Assembly: GCA_000092065.1 (NCBI GenBank)
Contig: CP000593.1
DNA from: Ostreococcus lucimarinus
Lineage: Eukaryota
Length of the DNA stretch: 64,000 bases
Strand: one strand, 5' to 3'
Position 1 is the first letter of the stretch; the number at the start of each line of letters is the position of its first letter. The notes under the pieces are model-generated. The model searched no databases. It was not told the DNA's origin and worked only from the letters and a program-made list of their open reading frames with translations. The position numbers and the translations under genes were made by a program. This document shows, piece after piece, positions 30,674-42,100 of the stretch.

Positions 30674-33600
30674 TTACACGCGACCGGTGAACTTGTGGGT
30701 GTGCTTGTGCTCCTCGCGAAGGGCGGCGAAGACGACGCGGCGCGCGCCGCCCGCGCCGGCGCCGAGCGCGGCGTGAAGCTGCTGAAGCTCGCGGTCGCCG
30801 CTCGAGTCGAGCAGGGCGAAGAGACCGGGCTTGAGCGCGGATTCGGCGACGACGCCGATGCCGCCGCCGGTGATGGCGGTGATGGCGTCGGCGAGTAAGT
30901 GGGTGCAATAACGGTCCAGACCGCTGGCCTCGGCGGATTCGTACACGAAGGAGAGCTTACCGGCGCAGCTTTCCATGACGGCGGCGCTCGCGCCCGAGGC
31001 TTTAAATCGTCGCAACGCGGCGAGGAGATCTGAACACGCCACGGTGATACCCGATACCGCGCGACGCAGGTGATCTTTTCGAGACTTCAACAGCACGCCG
31101 ATGAGTTCGCACGCTTGGCAGAAAATCTTTGTCATCGCGTCGCCGTCGTCGAATACGGCGTCCGACGCGCACGCGACGCTCGGAAGCTGACACATGCGCG
31201 ACACGCATCTTGTGCTTATCTCGCATCGAGGACCGAGTCTGGCGAACTCGGTGGTGATTTCGAGGAGCTTATGTACCACGGCGTTGGCGTTCGGCACCCT
31301 AATGGCGACGGTCATCGCTCGCATGCACGCATCCATCACGGTCTCAACATTTTCCTGCGCCGCCGTGCGAATCGCCTTGCCCAAATGAAACGACTTGACG
31401 AGATTCATCAAGCACCACATGGGTGCCGCCAGGGAAACATCCAAGCGATCGGACGATAAATACGCCCTTCGCGATTCTGCGTCTGTCGTCTTGAATGCGT
31501 CGACGCACGCGTCGTACATCGCAGTCAAGGGACGTTTGCCTGCGCCGTAGACGAGCTCCGACATCGTCAAACTGAGCGATTCGTGCAAATCTGCCGCTGG
31601 CGTCGCGCTTTTCGCGCCGTCACGATCCACTAAAGCGCGCGTTCCGCGCGTGTACGTGAACATAAGGACAGCTACGAGCGAGGCGTGCGCCTCGGACGTG
31701 AGCTGTGGTCCTGTCTGCTTCAACGCGTCGCACGCCGCACCGATAAAGTTGACCAGTCGCGACGTCCCGCGTGAAGATAGTTCGTTAGACGTGTCCAACA
31801 AGACTTTAATCGCAACCGCGATCGCGTTTTGGACAAAATCTGCGTCGCACGTGCGATGGAACGCCTCGCTGTAATCCAGTGTCGTCGCCGACACCGCGAG
31901 AATGAACCCAGCGGCGGAGACGCACGAGGCGACGACTTCGACAGACTCTGCGACGGGCTTGAACTCACCGTTCTCAAGACCATTTTTCATGTCGAGAATC
32001 ATAGACTCAATACGCGCACGAACTTGCATCACCGCAGGTGCGTCCCAAAATTGCGCTATGGCGTCGCCTTGCTCGTCCGTGAGCTCGTCTTCCTCGTCCA
32101 AATCTGGATTACCGTCGACCCAGCCGTACTTCTCCCGCTCGGGCTCCGTGTGCACCACGTTCGCCGCCGCGAATAGGGACTCTACCAGCGATAGAGCGAA
32201 CGCACCTCCGACGTTTGCGACGTTGCGCTCGATGGAGTCTTCGTTTATAAATCGGTCGTCTAAAAGACGCGCCACGTTCGTCGCCGCGTTCGTATACACC
32301 GCAGCTTTTACCTTCAACGCGCTTCCGACCAAGCTCGCCTGGAACGCACTAGTCGTCGACTCGATGAGCCTTGACGCGAGTTCTACGTCGAGCATGTTGC
32401 GAAGCGCCAGGTTGGTGACGTTCAAGTAATGCCCTCCTCGTGTGATCAACCCAGATACAATCATCGCCGAATCTTCGTCGTGCGTGGCTAAAAACGCCGA
32501 GCGCGAGCGCACGCGAGTGCACAAATCCATGGCGGATGACATGCCGAGCGATGCGGCGTTGAACATCGCGCAATCGCCTATTTGTAACGCGATAGATAGT
32601 TCGTGGACGTCGGTTTCCGATACCGCACGGTAGTGCAAGCGCTCAGCCGCATCCACGGCTCTTCGCATTCGCTTCAGCGCCGCCGAATCTTCTCTCGTGC
32701 AGTTCTTTCCAAATCCATCGGTGATGGGCGTGCTCGCCGGTCCGATCCAAAAGTCTTTTATTTTATCGCATGCCGCCTCGCCTTGCCGTTTATTCTCCAC
32801 GCAATCTGCGATGATGTCTTCTAAAACGTCGCATCTTCCCGCCGCGCTGGAATCGTCATCTCTGCTCAGCGACTCCTTCAACTCCCGCGTTAAATCTACC
32901 GCACCACGCGTGATAACGCTCGCAATCGCCCTGACCCATGGTTTAAACGTCGCCACGAGTTCGCTAAACTTATCTTCCTCTTCTGTCGAAAGCGCGCCTT
33001 CGCCTTCGATGTCCGTCTCGAGGCGGCATCGATAATAGTCTAAGATTCTAGCATCCGTCGCTTGTTCGTACCAGAGGTCGATCGTGGAAGTCAACACCTT
33101 CCACGCTTCCGTTTTGGAGTCGGGCGCATCGTATGAAGTCGTCAAAGTATCCGGAACCAGCTTTAAGCACGCAGATAACAGAGATTTGATCTCCGACCCA
33201 GCCTTAGCGGATTCCTCTGGACTCACGTCTTCGCGCGGATACCGCAGCCGCGACAAATTATTCACTCGCTGTATGGCGCATCCAATCGCCGCCGACTCGG
33301 CGTTTTCGTGCTCTTGGTTCGCACGTGGACTATCACGAACGAGATGTCGTACGATGGCGGACAAGTCGACGCTCTCGGAACGAAAATAAGAATCTCGCGC
33401 CGTCGCATCCGCGACCTCGCTCAAGCCTTGGCGGAGTGATGCTACGGGCACGTACGCTCGGAGTAAGGCACCTGTGCGGGCAGGTGAGCTCTCGACGTGG
33501 GAGTGCAAACGCTGCGCGATATCTTCCGAAAACCCTTCGAGGCACGCTTGCGCTTCTGGCAGCAGTGGTTCGCCCGCGTCAATCGGACACGTCCCGAGCG

Positions 33601-35272
33601 CGCTTTGCAGCACTCGCGCGAGCTTGTCCAAAGAATCGTACGGCGCTCGCGCACCGCTGGGCTTCTCGTCGCCGTCGTAGGCGGTGATGAATGCCTTGCG
33701 ACATATCACCATGAGATCAGGCGTTTGCCTGAGCGGGACGGTCTTGGCGGCGTCTTGAAACGCGACGAGGACTTCTTCCGAAGCCAGCGCGTCGTTGACT
33801 TTTTCGCCGTTTGCCATCGCCTCTATGACGACTTCACCTACAGATTCCATGAACTCTGGTAGCTGACGCATCTCGGCGAACGCTTTTATCATCGTTTGCG
33901 TCACCGCGACGCACTCTTCACGGGCGTCGCGCGATTTCACGAGTAAGAGCGTCAACATCACCTTGACGTGCGGCTCGACTAATCGCAAATCCAACGTTGA
34001 CAACGCGCCGATGACTCTGGACCAACCTCGATCGCGCACCTCATTCGTCTTTACGACCGTTGCGATGCTGGTCACGAACGCCTGCAGCGCGCTTTCGACG
34101 CGACCTTCGTCTTCCAGAGGCGAGTAAATCGTGAAATCGACGGCAATGTCGAGTAATCCGACGAGCGCATCGACGAGCGCGGAGGCGGCGTCTTCGTCGA
34201 CGCGTCGCTCACCCTTCCCGCCCGTCGGTACCGCAACGAAAGCGGCGGCGATCGGTTCAAAGAGCTCGACGAAGAGCGCGCGCGCGTCTTTTGACACCGA
34301 TTCACTCGACTTGTTCGCCGAACTGCTCGCCGTGGGTTTACGCTCGTTTGCGTCTTGCTCGCACGTCGCTCGCAAGACCCAAGGCGCCAAGCGCAACGCG
34401 TCCACGTCCATGCTTTCCGCCGCTCGCGCGACGCGTGCGATGGTGTCGCAAATGAACCCGGGCGCGGACGAACGCGCGCCGCCGGCGCCGCGAGCGTCGT
34501 CCGTCGAGGCTATCGTTTTCTGCTTCTTCGCGCTCGCCGCGTCGGCGACTAAATTCGGAATCGCGCGAGCGTACATCGGGTGCAACACGAACGCCCGCAT
34601 CGTCGCGTCGCACGCCTCCTTCGCACCTCTCCGCGCGTCCCCCTCGCCCGCTCGCGACCACGTCTCGACGACGCTCCACAAAAACTCAAAATCCACGCAC
34701 GCCGGCGCGGGCTTATTCGGCTGCGCGTTCGCCGCCGCCGCCGCCGCCGCGAGCGCCGCGCTCATCAGCGCCGCATTCCCCTCGTCCCACATCGCGCTCT
34801 TCGCCACCTCGACGCACTCTTCGCACGACGCCCTCGCGCCGCGTCGCTCGCCGTCGTCGCGCGTCAACGCGTCGAACGCCCGTCGCAGCGTCTCCCCATC
34901 GACCGCTCGCGCCCTCGACGCCGCCGCCCGTCGCAGCGCGCGCATCACCTCCCTTCGCCCCGCGCTCGCGTCCGTCGTCATCGCGCGTCCCGATCGCGTC
35001 GCCCTTTCGCTCGCGTCCGCGAAGCACCGCCACAGCGTCTCCTCGTCCCGCGTCCCGTCCCGCGTCGCGTCGTCGCCTCGGCGCTCGCGCGTCGTCGACG
35101 CGTCGTCGCGTCGTCCCGCGCGTCGCAGTCGCGCGCGCGTCCACGCGAGGACGACCGCGCGCGCGTCGTCGTCGTCGTCGTCGTCGAGCGCGGCGCGCGC
35201 CGCGGCGAGTCGTTCGGCGTCGCTCGCGCCGTCGGCGAACAGCGTCGCGCGCAGGCGCGTCGCGCGCGACAT
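30674..35272 (-). CDS. Large alpha-helical (HEAT/ARM-like) repeat protein of unknown function (about 1532 aa)
   Basis: Continuous 4.6-kb minus-strand ORF with non-repetitive, Leu/Ala-rich helical composition. Start chosen at ATG 35272 (MSRATRLRATLF...). The track ORF begins at ATG 35413 but the intervening 47 residues are an Arg-run (RRRRRRRARPRRASPRARARARRRARVG). Either start is possible. Confidence 0.5.
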   Translation of the reverse strand: MSRATRLRATLFADGASDAERLAAARAALDDDDDDDARAVVLAWTRARLRRAGRRDDASTTRERRGDDATRDGTRDEETLWRCFADASERATRSGRAMTTDASAGRREVMRALRRAAASRARAVDGETLRRAFDALTRDDGERRGARASCEECVEVAKSAMWDEGNAALMSAALAAAAAAANAQPNKPAPACVDFEFLWSVVETWSRAGEGDARRGAKEACDATMRAFVLHPMYARAIPNLVADAASAKKQKTIASTDDARGAGGARSSAPGFICDTIARVARAAESMDVDALRLAPWVLRATCEQDANERKPTASSSANKSSESVSKDARALFVELFEPIAAAFVAVPTGGKGERRVDEDAASALVDALVGLLDIAVDFTIYSPLEDEGRVESALQAFVTSIATVVKTNEVRDRGWSRVIGALSTLDLRLVEPHVKVMLTLLLVKSRDAREECVAVTQTMIKAFAEMRQLPEFMESVGEVVIEAMANGEKVNDALASEEVLVAFQDAAKTVPLRQTPDLMVICRKAFITAYDGDEKPSGARAPYDSLDKLARVLQSALGTCPIDAGEPLLPEAQACLEGFSEDIAQRLHSHVESSPARTGALLRAYVPVASLRQGLSEVADATARDSYFRSESVDLSAIVRHLVRDSPRANQEHENAESAAIGCAIQRVNNLSRLRYPREDVSPEESAKAGSEIKSLLSACLKLVPDTLTTSYDAPDSKTEAWKVLTSTIDLWYEQATDARILDYYRCRLETDIEGEGALSTEEEDKFSELVATFKPWVRAIASVITRGAVDLTRELKESLSRDDDSSAAGRCDVLEDIIADCVENKRQGEAACDKIKDFWIGPASTPITDGFGKNCTREDSAALKRMRRAVDAAERLHYRAVSETDVHELSIALQIGDCAMFNAASLGMSSAMDLCTRVRSRSAFLATHDEDSAMIVSGLITRGGHYLNVTNLALRNMLDVELASRLIESTTSAFQASLVGSALKVKAAVYTNAATNVARLLDDRFINEDSIERNVANVGGAFALSLVESLFAAANVVHTEPEREKYGWVDGNPDLDEEDELTDEQGDAIAQFWDAPAVMQVRARIESMILDMKNGLENGEFKPVAESVEVVASCVSAAGFILAVSATTLDYSEAFHRTCDADFVQNAIAVAIKVLLDTSNELSSRGTSRLVNFIGAACDALKQTGPQLTSEAHASLVAVLMFTYTRGTRALVDRDGAKSATPAADLHESLSLTMSELVYGAGKRPLTAMYDACVDAFKTTDAESRRAYLSSDRLDVSLAAPMWCLMNLVKSFHLGKAIRTAAQENVETVMDACMRAMTVAIRVPNANAVVHKLLEITTEFARLGPRCEISTRCVSRMCQLPSVACASDAVFDDGDAMTKIFCQACELIGVLLKSRKDHLRRAVSGITVACSDLLAALRRFKASGASAAVMESCAGKLSFVYESAEASGLDRYCTHLLADAITAITGGGIGVVAESALKPGLFALLDSSGDRELQQLHAALGAGAGGARRVVFAALREEHKHTHKFTGRV

Positions 35273-35369
35273 GCCGACGCGCGCGCGGCGTCTCGCGCGC
35301 GCGCGGGCGCGCGGCGACGCGCGACGCGGTCTCGCGCGCCGTCGGCGGCGTCGCCGCGCCGTCGGTTCG

Positions 35370-35460
35370 TACATATAGGGCTTTACGTGATTATATATGT
35401 CTCGTATGTGCATACAGTCTAACTACCGACGAACGGTCGGTCGGTCGGACGCGCGACGGC
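35370..35460. promoter_or_regulatory. Bidirectional core-promoter region with TATA-like AT-rich patch between the large helical-repeat gene (-) and the METTL21-like gene (+)
   Basis: A locally AT-rich island in a 65%-GC context: gggctttacgtgattatatatgtctcgtatgtgcatacagtctaactacc, containing TATATAT and TTATATA. It lies 35-120 bp upstream of both divergent ATGs. Confidence 0.3.
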
Positions 35461-35493
35461 GCGGACGCACCGCGCCGCGCACCGCGCCGCGCG

Positions 35494-35644
35494 ATGGCGT
35501 CGACGTGGCGCCGGAACCGCCTGAGCTTTCGCGAGAAATTCGTCGACGCGTGCGACGTCGACGGCGTCGTCGTGCGGCAGTACGCGTCGAGCGAGGCGTT
35601 CGTCAAGGCGACCGGGACGACCGGGACGACCGGGACGACGACGC

Positions 35645-35679
<35 letters not shown>

Positions 35680-36339
35680 GTGCCGGCGACGGGATTCACG
35701 GTGTGGGACGCGAGCGTGCTGCTGGGAAAGTACGTCGGACGGGAGAGGACGTGGCGGCGGTTGACGAAGAAGGCGCGCGAGGACGCGCGCGGGCCGACGA
35801 CGCTCGAGCTGGGCGCGGGCACGGGACTGGCGACGCTGCTCGTCGCGGCGGCGCGGGGAAGCGCGGAGGGAGAGGCGGGGATGGTGTGCGCGATGACGGA
35901 TTTAAAGCGGGTCGTGCCGCTGACGCGGATGAACGCGCGGGCGAATAAGGCGGAAAGCGGAGGGCGGATACCGGCGAGCGTGGCGATGGCGACGACGACG
36001 CTGCGGTGGGGACGCGCGGAGGACGTGGAGCGGTTGCCGGAGGCGATTCGGCGGCCGGACGTGGTGCTGGGAGCGGATTTGATGTATACCTCGGACGAAG
36101 GCGTGATTCGCGCGCTGGCGGCGACGACGATGGCGTTGGTGGGGCCGGGTCGCGCGGCGGTGTTCGCGGCGTGTAAAGAGCATCGACCGGAGAGCGTCGA
36201 GTTGTTCGCGTCGATCATCGAGGCGAACGGTTTCGAGGTCACGCGCGTGCCGGCGTCCGAGGCGCATCCCGATTATCCGGCGTCGAACGAGGAATTCGAG
36301 CTGCTCGAGTGCTGGCGACCGCGACCGCGCGCCGACTAA
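35494..36339 (+). CDS. Protein-lysine N-methyltransferase, Methyltransf_16 (METTL21/FAM86/VCP-KMT-like) (281 aa)
   Basis: ATG at 35494. GFTVWDASVLLGKYV...TLELGAGTGLATLLVAAA...CAMTDL...LRWG...PDVVLGADLMYT matches the Methyltransf_16 motif order. It contains a coding poly-Asp run ((GAC)n at 35640-35670). Confidence 0.75.
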
Positions 36340-36357
36340 TTTCAACGATTTAGCTAG

Positions 36358-38130
36358 CTAGAGTACCTCGAGGTACGAGGGCGAACGCGCCATCGTGGCG
36401 ACGTTCGCCGTCATCCTGAGCGTCTTGTACAATAAATACCCGGTAGCGACGAGCGCCGCGGGCATGATGATGACGCCCCACTCGTAAAGAGCGTTCAAAA
36501 AGGACGTGTGAAGCACGCGCGCGCACTCCGTCGGTACGCGCGTCTTCGCCCACGCCGAGTTCGAGCGCGCCGCCGTCGGGTGCACGACGCTCATCGCCGC
36601 TCCGAGCGTCCACTCCACCTCCGCGTCGTCGATGCGCTCGATGAAATTCAAACGCTCGTCGTTTTGTGAAAATCCGAGACCGACTTCGCCGGCGGCGATG
36701 TCGTCTTCCGCGAAGTCTACGCCGAGGAGCGCCTGCACGAGCGCGGCGTCGAAGCAACGTCCGTTGAGGCGATCCGCGGGAGTGTTGGGATCCTTCCCAT
36801 CGACATCCTTCACGAGCTTCGCCCACTCGATGGCGCACAGCTTTTCTCCGGCGGTCGCAATTTCCGCAAGCGTGGCCTTGGGCATGGATGGCAGCGCGCC
36901 CGGAAGGGCGACGGTGATGAAATTTGTGAGATGAAACAGCAGCGACATGCCAAGAAACCGCTCTACGCGTTTGAAATCGTCGGGCATGCGCAGCGTCACT
37001 TTTTGTTCGCGCTGCATCGATGCGATTTGTTTGCGTAATCCCACGACGCACTGGCGGTATTCGCCGGTTCCGGTCAATTCCACGCCGTCCACGGTGACGA
37101 CGTGCCCCGGAAACGCGCACGCGTTTCGCGTCGTCTTCGCCGCCGCCAGCGCGCCGCGCCATCTCGTCTCCATGTGGTTCGCCCCGTACCCCAAAAACGA
37201 CTCCACTTTCACCGCATTCCTCAACTCGAGCATGGACTTCACGAACGCGCCTTTGCCTTCCCTTGGCAGCGCCACGTACTGCACGCTCCCGCCGCCGACG
37301 TCAATCGCGCCGACAGACTTGAGCAAAGGATTATCGTCCTCAGAAACGCGCGCGAACGCCGGCGCCGGCGTGTTCGCGTCGTTTAATCGCCCGACCGCGG
37401 TGACGTCGACGTCTGACAAGTAATTCGCCGCCAGCCACGCGTAAAATCCTTCCTCGGCGCCGTCGACGGTTCGAAAATGTCCGTACCCGTGCCGCGTCCC
37501 CGTCTCAGCCTCCACCGCCTCCCTCACCTCGCGCCACAGCGCTTGTTGCTTCGCCGGCGTCAACACGCGAAATCCAGCCGTGGCCCACACGTACACGGGC
37601 GTTCGCGCGCGCTCGACGCGATCCGGGATCTTCGCCAACGCCGCGCGCACCGCCGGCATCAACTCCTCGCGCACCCGTCCTCCCATCTCCGCCAACGGCA
37701 GTCTCGTCTTCTCCTTCGTCCCGAGCGTGCGCATCTCGAACAACGATCCTCTCCCTTTCGCTTTCCTCGCGTTTTCTATCGCGAACGCGTGCGCGCGGCA
37801 CCCCGTGCTCCCGGCGTCGACGAAGACGACGTGCGTCGGCGTTCGCGCGCACGTCGCCGATCGCCCCTCGTGCGTCAGCGTCGCCAGCGTCGTCGTCACC
37901 AGCGCGCACAGCGCGAAGAACATCGACGGCCGGTGGAAGCGGTGGCGACCGCGCCGCGCCGACGCGCCCGGCGCCGACGCGTTCGACGAGAGACTGCCCG
38001 TGGAGGATAAAGATGACCCGCGCGCGTGCGACGCCTTTTGCGGGCTCGCGTCGAGCGCGTCGATCGCGAGATCGCTCGTCGCGGACGACGCCTTGCGCAT
38101 GACGTCCGCGCGCGACGTCGCGCGTCGCAT
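36358..38130 (-). CDS. GDA1/CD39-family nucleoside tri/diphosphatase (NTPDase/apyrase) with N- and C-terminal TM helices (590 aa)
   Basis: Apyrase conserved regions: ACR1 VVFVDAGSTGCRAHAF, ACR2 VYVWATAGFRVL and ACR4 GAIDVGGGSVQ. N-terminal TM MFFALCALVTTTLATL and C-terminal TM VIIMPAALVATGYLLY. ATG at 38130. Confidence 0.85.
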   Translation of the reverse strand: MRRATSRADVMRKASSATSDLAIDALDASPQKASHARGSSLSSTGSLSSNASAPGASARRGRHRFHRPSMFFALCALVTTTLATLTHEGRSATCARTPTHVVFVDAGSTGCRAHAFAIENARKAKGRGSLFEMRTLGTKEKTRLPLAEMGGRVREELMPAVRAALAKIPDRVERARTPVYVWATAGFRVLTPAKQQALWREVREAVEAETGTRHGYGHFRTVDGAEEGFYAWLAANYLSDVDVTAVGRLNDANTPAPAFARVSEDDNPLLKSVGAIDVGGGSVQYVALPREGKGAFVKSMLELRNAVKVESFLGYGANHMETRWRGALAAAKTTRNACAFPGHVVTVDGVELTGTGEYRQCVVGLRKQIASMQREQKVTLRMPDDFKRVERFLGMSLLFHLTNFITVALPGALPSMPKATLAEIATAGEKLCAIEWAKLVKDVDGKDPNTPADRLNGRCFDAALVQALLGVDFAEDDIAAGEVGLGFSQNDERLNFIERIDDAEVEWTLGAAMSVVHPTAARSNSAWAKTRVPTECARVLHTSFLNALYEWGVIIMPAALVATGYLLYKTLRMTANVATMARSPSYLEVL

Positions 38131-38186
38131 CGACCGCGACCGCGCGCGCGTGTGCGGCGACGCGACGCGCGACGTGACGACACTTC

Positions 38187-39089
38187 ATGACGCGCATTCC
38201 AACCATCAATCTCGCGCGCGACGGCTCCGCGCGCGGTTTGACGGACGCGTTCGCGTCGGACGATTTCGCTCGACGCGGATTCGCGTTCGTCGCGCACGAG
38301 GGCGCGCTGCCCGAGCCGGAGATCGTTCGAAAGTGTTTCGCGGAGAGCAGGACGTTCTTCGACTCGAGCGACGAGACGAGGAAGCGCGCGCTGACGGGCG
38401 ACGCGCCGGGGATCGGGTACACCGCGTTCGCGTCCGAAAAGTTAGACCCGTCGAGTTCGAGCGTCGGCGACAGTAAGGAGGGGTTTTACGTCGTGCGGGA
38501 ACGCGCGAAGAATCGATGGCCCAGCGCGGCGTTCGAAGACGCGGCGACGACGTATTACGAATCGATGTACGCGCTCGGGAAACGGCTGTTGCCCGCGTTG
38601 GCGCGCGCGTGCGGCGTGAACGACGCGTACTTTGACGCGCATTGGTCGGCGTCGTCGCATAATTGCGTGCTGAGGTTTTTAAAGTACTCGGCGTCGAGGA
38701 GCGACGAAGGCGAAGGCCAATTCGCCTGCGGCGCGCACACGGATTACGGCGCCTTGACGATTTTGGCGGTGGAGAACGACGGCTCGACGGGGTTGGAGAT
38801 TTACGACCGAGAGACAGAGACGTGGGTGCCGGTGACGCCGCCTCCGGATCATTTCGTGTTGAACGTCGGGGACTTGCTGGAGAGATGGTCCAACGGACGG
38901 TTCGCTTCCACGCGACACCGCGTGATGACGACGGGCGAGCGCGAACGGTTTTCGATACCGTTTTTCTTCGAGCCGAGTTACGACGCCGTGATTGAACCGG
39001 TGTGTGTGGGTGACGGCGAGGCGGCGAAATACGCGCCGATTCGCTTCGGCGATTACTTGCAGGAAAAGTACGCGCAGACGTACGAGTAA
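38187..39089 (+). CDS. 2-oxoglutarate/Fe(II)-dependent dioxygenase (isopenicillin-N-synthase-like fold) (300 aa)
   Basis: ATG at 38187. HxD...H facial triad and RxS motif: CGAHTDYGALTILAVEND ... VLNVGDLLERWSNGRFASTRHRV. Divergent from the apyrase gene with only 56 bp between ATGs. Confidence 0.8.
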   Translation: MTRIPTINLARDGSARGLTDAFASDDFARRGFAFVAHEGALPEPEIVRKCFAESRTFFDSSDETRKRALTGDAPGIGYTAFASEKLDPSSSSVGDSKEGFYVVRERAKNRWPSAAFEDAATTYYESMYALGKRLLPALARACGVNDAYFDAHWSASSHNCVLRFLKYSASRSDEGEGQFACGAHTDYGALTILAVENDGSTGLEIYDRETETWVPVTPPPDHFVLNVGDLLERWSNGRFASTRHRVMTTGERERFSIPFFFEPSYDAVIEPVCVGDGEAAKYAPIRFGDYLQEKYAQTYE

Positions 39090-39193
39090 AGAAATGTGCT
39101 TGCGATGTATTTGGTACAAGAGAAAAAAATTAGCAATGCAGTAGTAGTGGTAGCAAATGCAGCGCGGCGTGCGGTGCTTGTAAATGTAGTGTA

Positions 39194-42100
39194 TCAATCG
39201 ACGTTTTTGCGCCACGCCGACGTCTTTTGTTCGCCCCCCAGTCCATCCGTGGCGAGTTCGCTCGCGATGTTGCCGTCGTCGCGCACGTGGTGGCTCATCT
39301 TCGTCGGCTTCGCCAGGCGACCTTCGTTTTTTTGTTCCACTTGCGCGCGCATTTGTGCGCACACGTCAAACATTCGCCATTCCTCCACGCGACATCGGCG
39401 GCACGATGATTCCAAAAACGCGAGCGTCACCGTACTGACGCGCACGCCGGCGTCCTTCAAGTGATCGAACACCTCCAGCGCGTCGTCGATGCGATCTTCG
39501 TGACAGCACACTTCGATGAGGCACTCATACATGGCGCGCACATCGCCGATGTAATCGTTCCCTTCACTCGAAGTGTGCTTACGCGCCTTGGAAAATGATT
39601 GAGCCTTTGGGGAGTCGCGCCAGATATCCAATGCTCGGTCAAGTTTTTCGCTTCGCGCCATGGCGACTATGAGCGCGCATCGCGCTTCGGCGTCGATGAC
39701 GTCCAAGACTTGTGGCCCATTGTCTTCATCCGCGCGTTTAAACGCGGCTTCGAAGACGCCGATCGCGCGAGCGAGCAAGAGTTCCGCATCGTCGGGGTCC
39801 GGGCTCGTCGAAGCGACGCTCAAGACGGTGACTAGCGCCGACCGCGTGCCCGCGTCGAGTTTGTGTCCTAAACGTGTGAAACGTTTGTACGACTCCCAAG
39901 CCCAATCGACGAATCCATCGCGACTACTCGCGACGATGAACTCCTTGAACGTTTGCTCACGCGGTTCCAAGTTACGCGAGTTCATCATAGAGATGAAGCG
40001 ATTGGCGCGCTCGACGTAACCCGCCGAACACAAGGCCCGAATGATGGCTTCAAGCGTCTCTTGTTCGAGCTTGCCTTTACGACGAACCGTCTTTTTCACT
40101 TCTTCGAGCATTTCTTCAATGCGACCGGCGCGTGATATGACGCGCAAGAACGTGTTAGAGCACCAGTCGTTCATCTGGACGTCACGCTCCGTCATATCAC
40201 GAAGCACCGAGTACGCGCGCTCGACGCTCTCCTCGACATCCTCGACGTAACAGCACGCTTGCAGTGCGCACCCGAAAGTCACAGTCGTGCAGTTGACATC
40301 AGCTTCAATCATGCGCGCGTACGTTTCAAACGCAGATAACGGCCGGTTGCCTTTGACCTGAGCGTCCATGAGCGCGGTGAACAAAAACTCGTTCGGCGTC
40401 ACGCCGTCGTCGATGGCGGCTTTGAATATTTTTTCCGCCTCGGTGACTTTACTTCCACGCTTTGATCGGCTCAAGGCGACGATGAGCGCGACGTACGTTC
40501 GCACTGTAGGATTGATTCCGTTCGAGACCATGTCGTGATACAGTCCCATGGCCTTGACGTCGTCATCAGCGCACGCGTAGATGAGGGAGTTGTACGTAAT
40601 CGTATCTGGAAGTTGACGTTCCAACCCTCTCCGCGCGCGCGCGTTCCAATTCTCTTCGTGCGCCTTGCGGTACTTGAAAATATCGTTTTTGAAGTCGTCG
40701 TAGACTTTAAACGCACTCTTGAAATCACCAAAGTGCAAATGTGTGGCGATTAAGCCGTTGCGAACGCCCGTGCAGTCTCGAACCATCGCCGGGCTCTGTT
40801 CGATTTCGCGCTGCACGCGGGCAAAGTACTCGATGCCCTCCTTCGACGCTTCGAGCGCGGACGTCAAGGCGTACGTCAAGTGCAACCATTCGTGTCCCAC
40901 ACGATGCGAGCGAGTAGAAATCATAATCTTGAGCACTTCGATCGCGCGCGCGGCGCGCCCACATCGAGCGCAAAGCGTTATCAACGCCGACCAGACGCGT
41001 CCGTTGGGCGTTGACTCGGCGCGCCGTTCGTCCCACTGCGCGTCCTCTATGAGCGCTTGCACGACGCTCTCTCCGCGTTCCATCGCGACATCACGCTCGA
41101 TTTGCTCGAGCGCGACGCCGCGAGCATACGTCTGGAGCATAGAAGTCACCATGTGATCGTTCCCTGCGTTGCCACACGCGCCAGATTCCAACGCTTGAGC
41201 GAACAAGTCCTCCGACCAACGCACGTCGACGTCGTCCGCCGCCGCGCCCGCGGCGAGCATGGCGCCGTATGTGATCATGGTTGGCTGTAAATTCGCCGTC
41301 TCGATCTCTTCCCAAGCCCACATCGCGCCCGGGAAGTGCTTTTTGCGCGTCGCCGCGGATATGACGCCGTTGTACGAACGAATATTCGGCGCGCAATTCG
41401 GCGTCGTCTTCATGCGCTCGAGCGTCGCCCTCGCGCCGTCGTAATCACCCCCGTGCGCACACACGTCTATGTACGCGTTGTACACCACCGTATCCACCGC
41501 ATTGACCGCATTCGCTTCCTCGAACACCTCTCGCGCCGTCCTAGCCTTTCCGCACCGTCCCGCCGCGCACACGAGCGCGCTGTACGCGTACGGATCCGGC
41601 TCCAACCCCGCTTCGTCTCGTCGAAGCTCAAACGCCTCTCGCGCGATGTTCCACTGATTCGACCCCTCCTCGCGACCGCACAGATAAATCACCGTGCAAT
41701 ACAAATCCTTCCCGCGCGCGAAATCGCGATCGCGCGCGTCGAAGAGACGCGCGTACCGCAGCGCCGCGTCCATCCTGTACGTCTTCACGCACAGCTTCAT
41801 GAACCCCTTATGCGATTTCGCGAGCGATTTCGCCATCGCTTTCGACACCACCGCGCGCGTCATCCGCGCGTCCCCTTCCCCCCGCCTCGCCAGCGTCGCC
41901 AGCGCCTTCACCGCACCGTCGACGTCCCCGGCGCGCAGCGCCTCCGCGTGTCCCCGCCTCGCCGCCGCCTCCGCGTCCGCGTCCGCGCCATCCGTCCCGT
42001 ACGACGTCGACGTCCCTTCCCCCGCGCGCGCGTCCATCCCGACGTCCGTCCGTCGCGCGCGGTACGCCCTGTATTCCCTCCGCGCGCGTTCGCGTTCGCG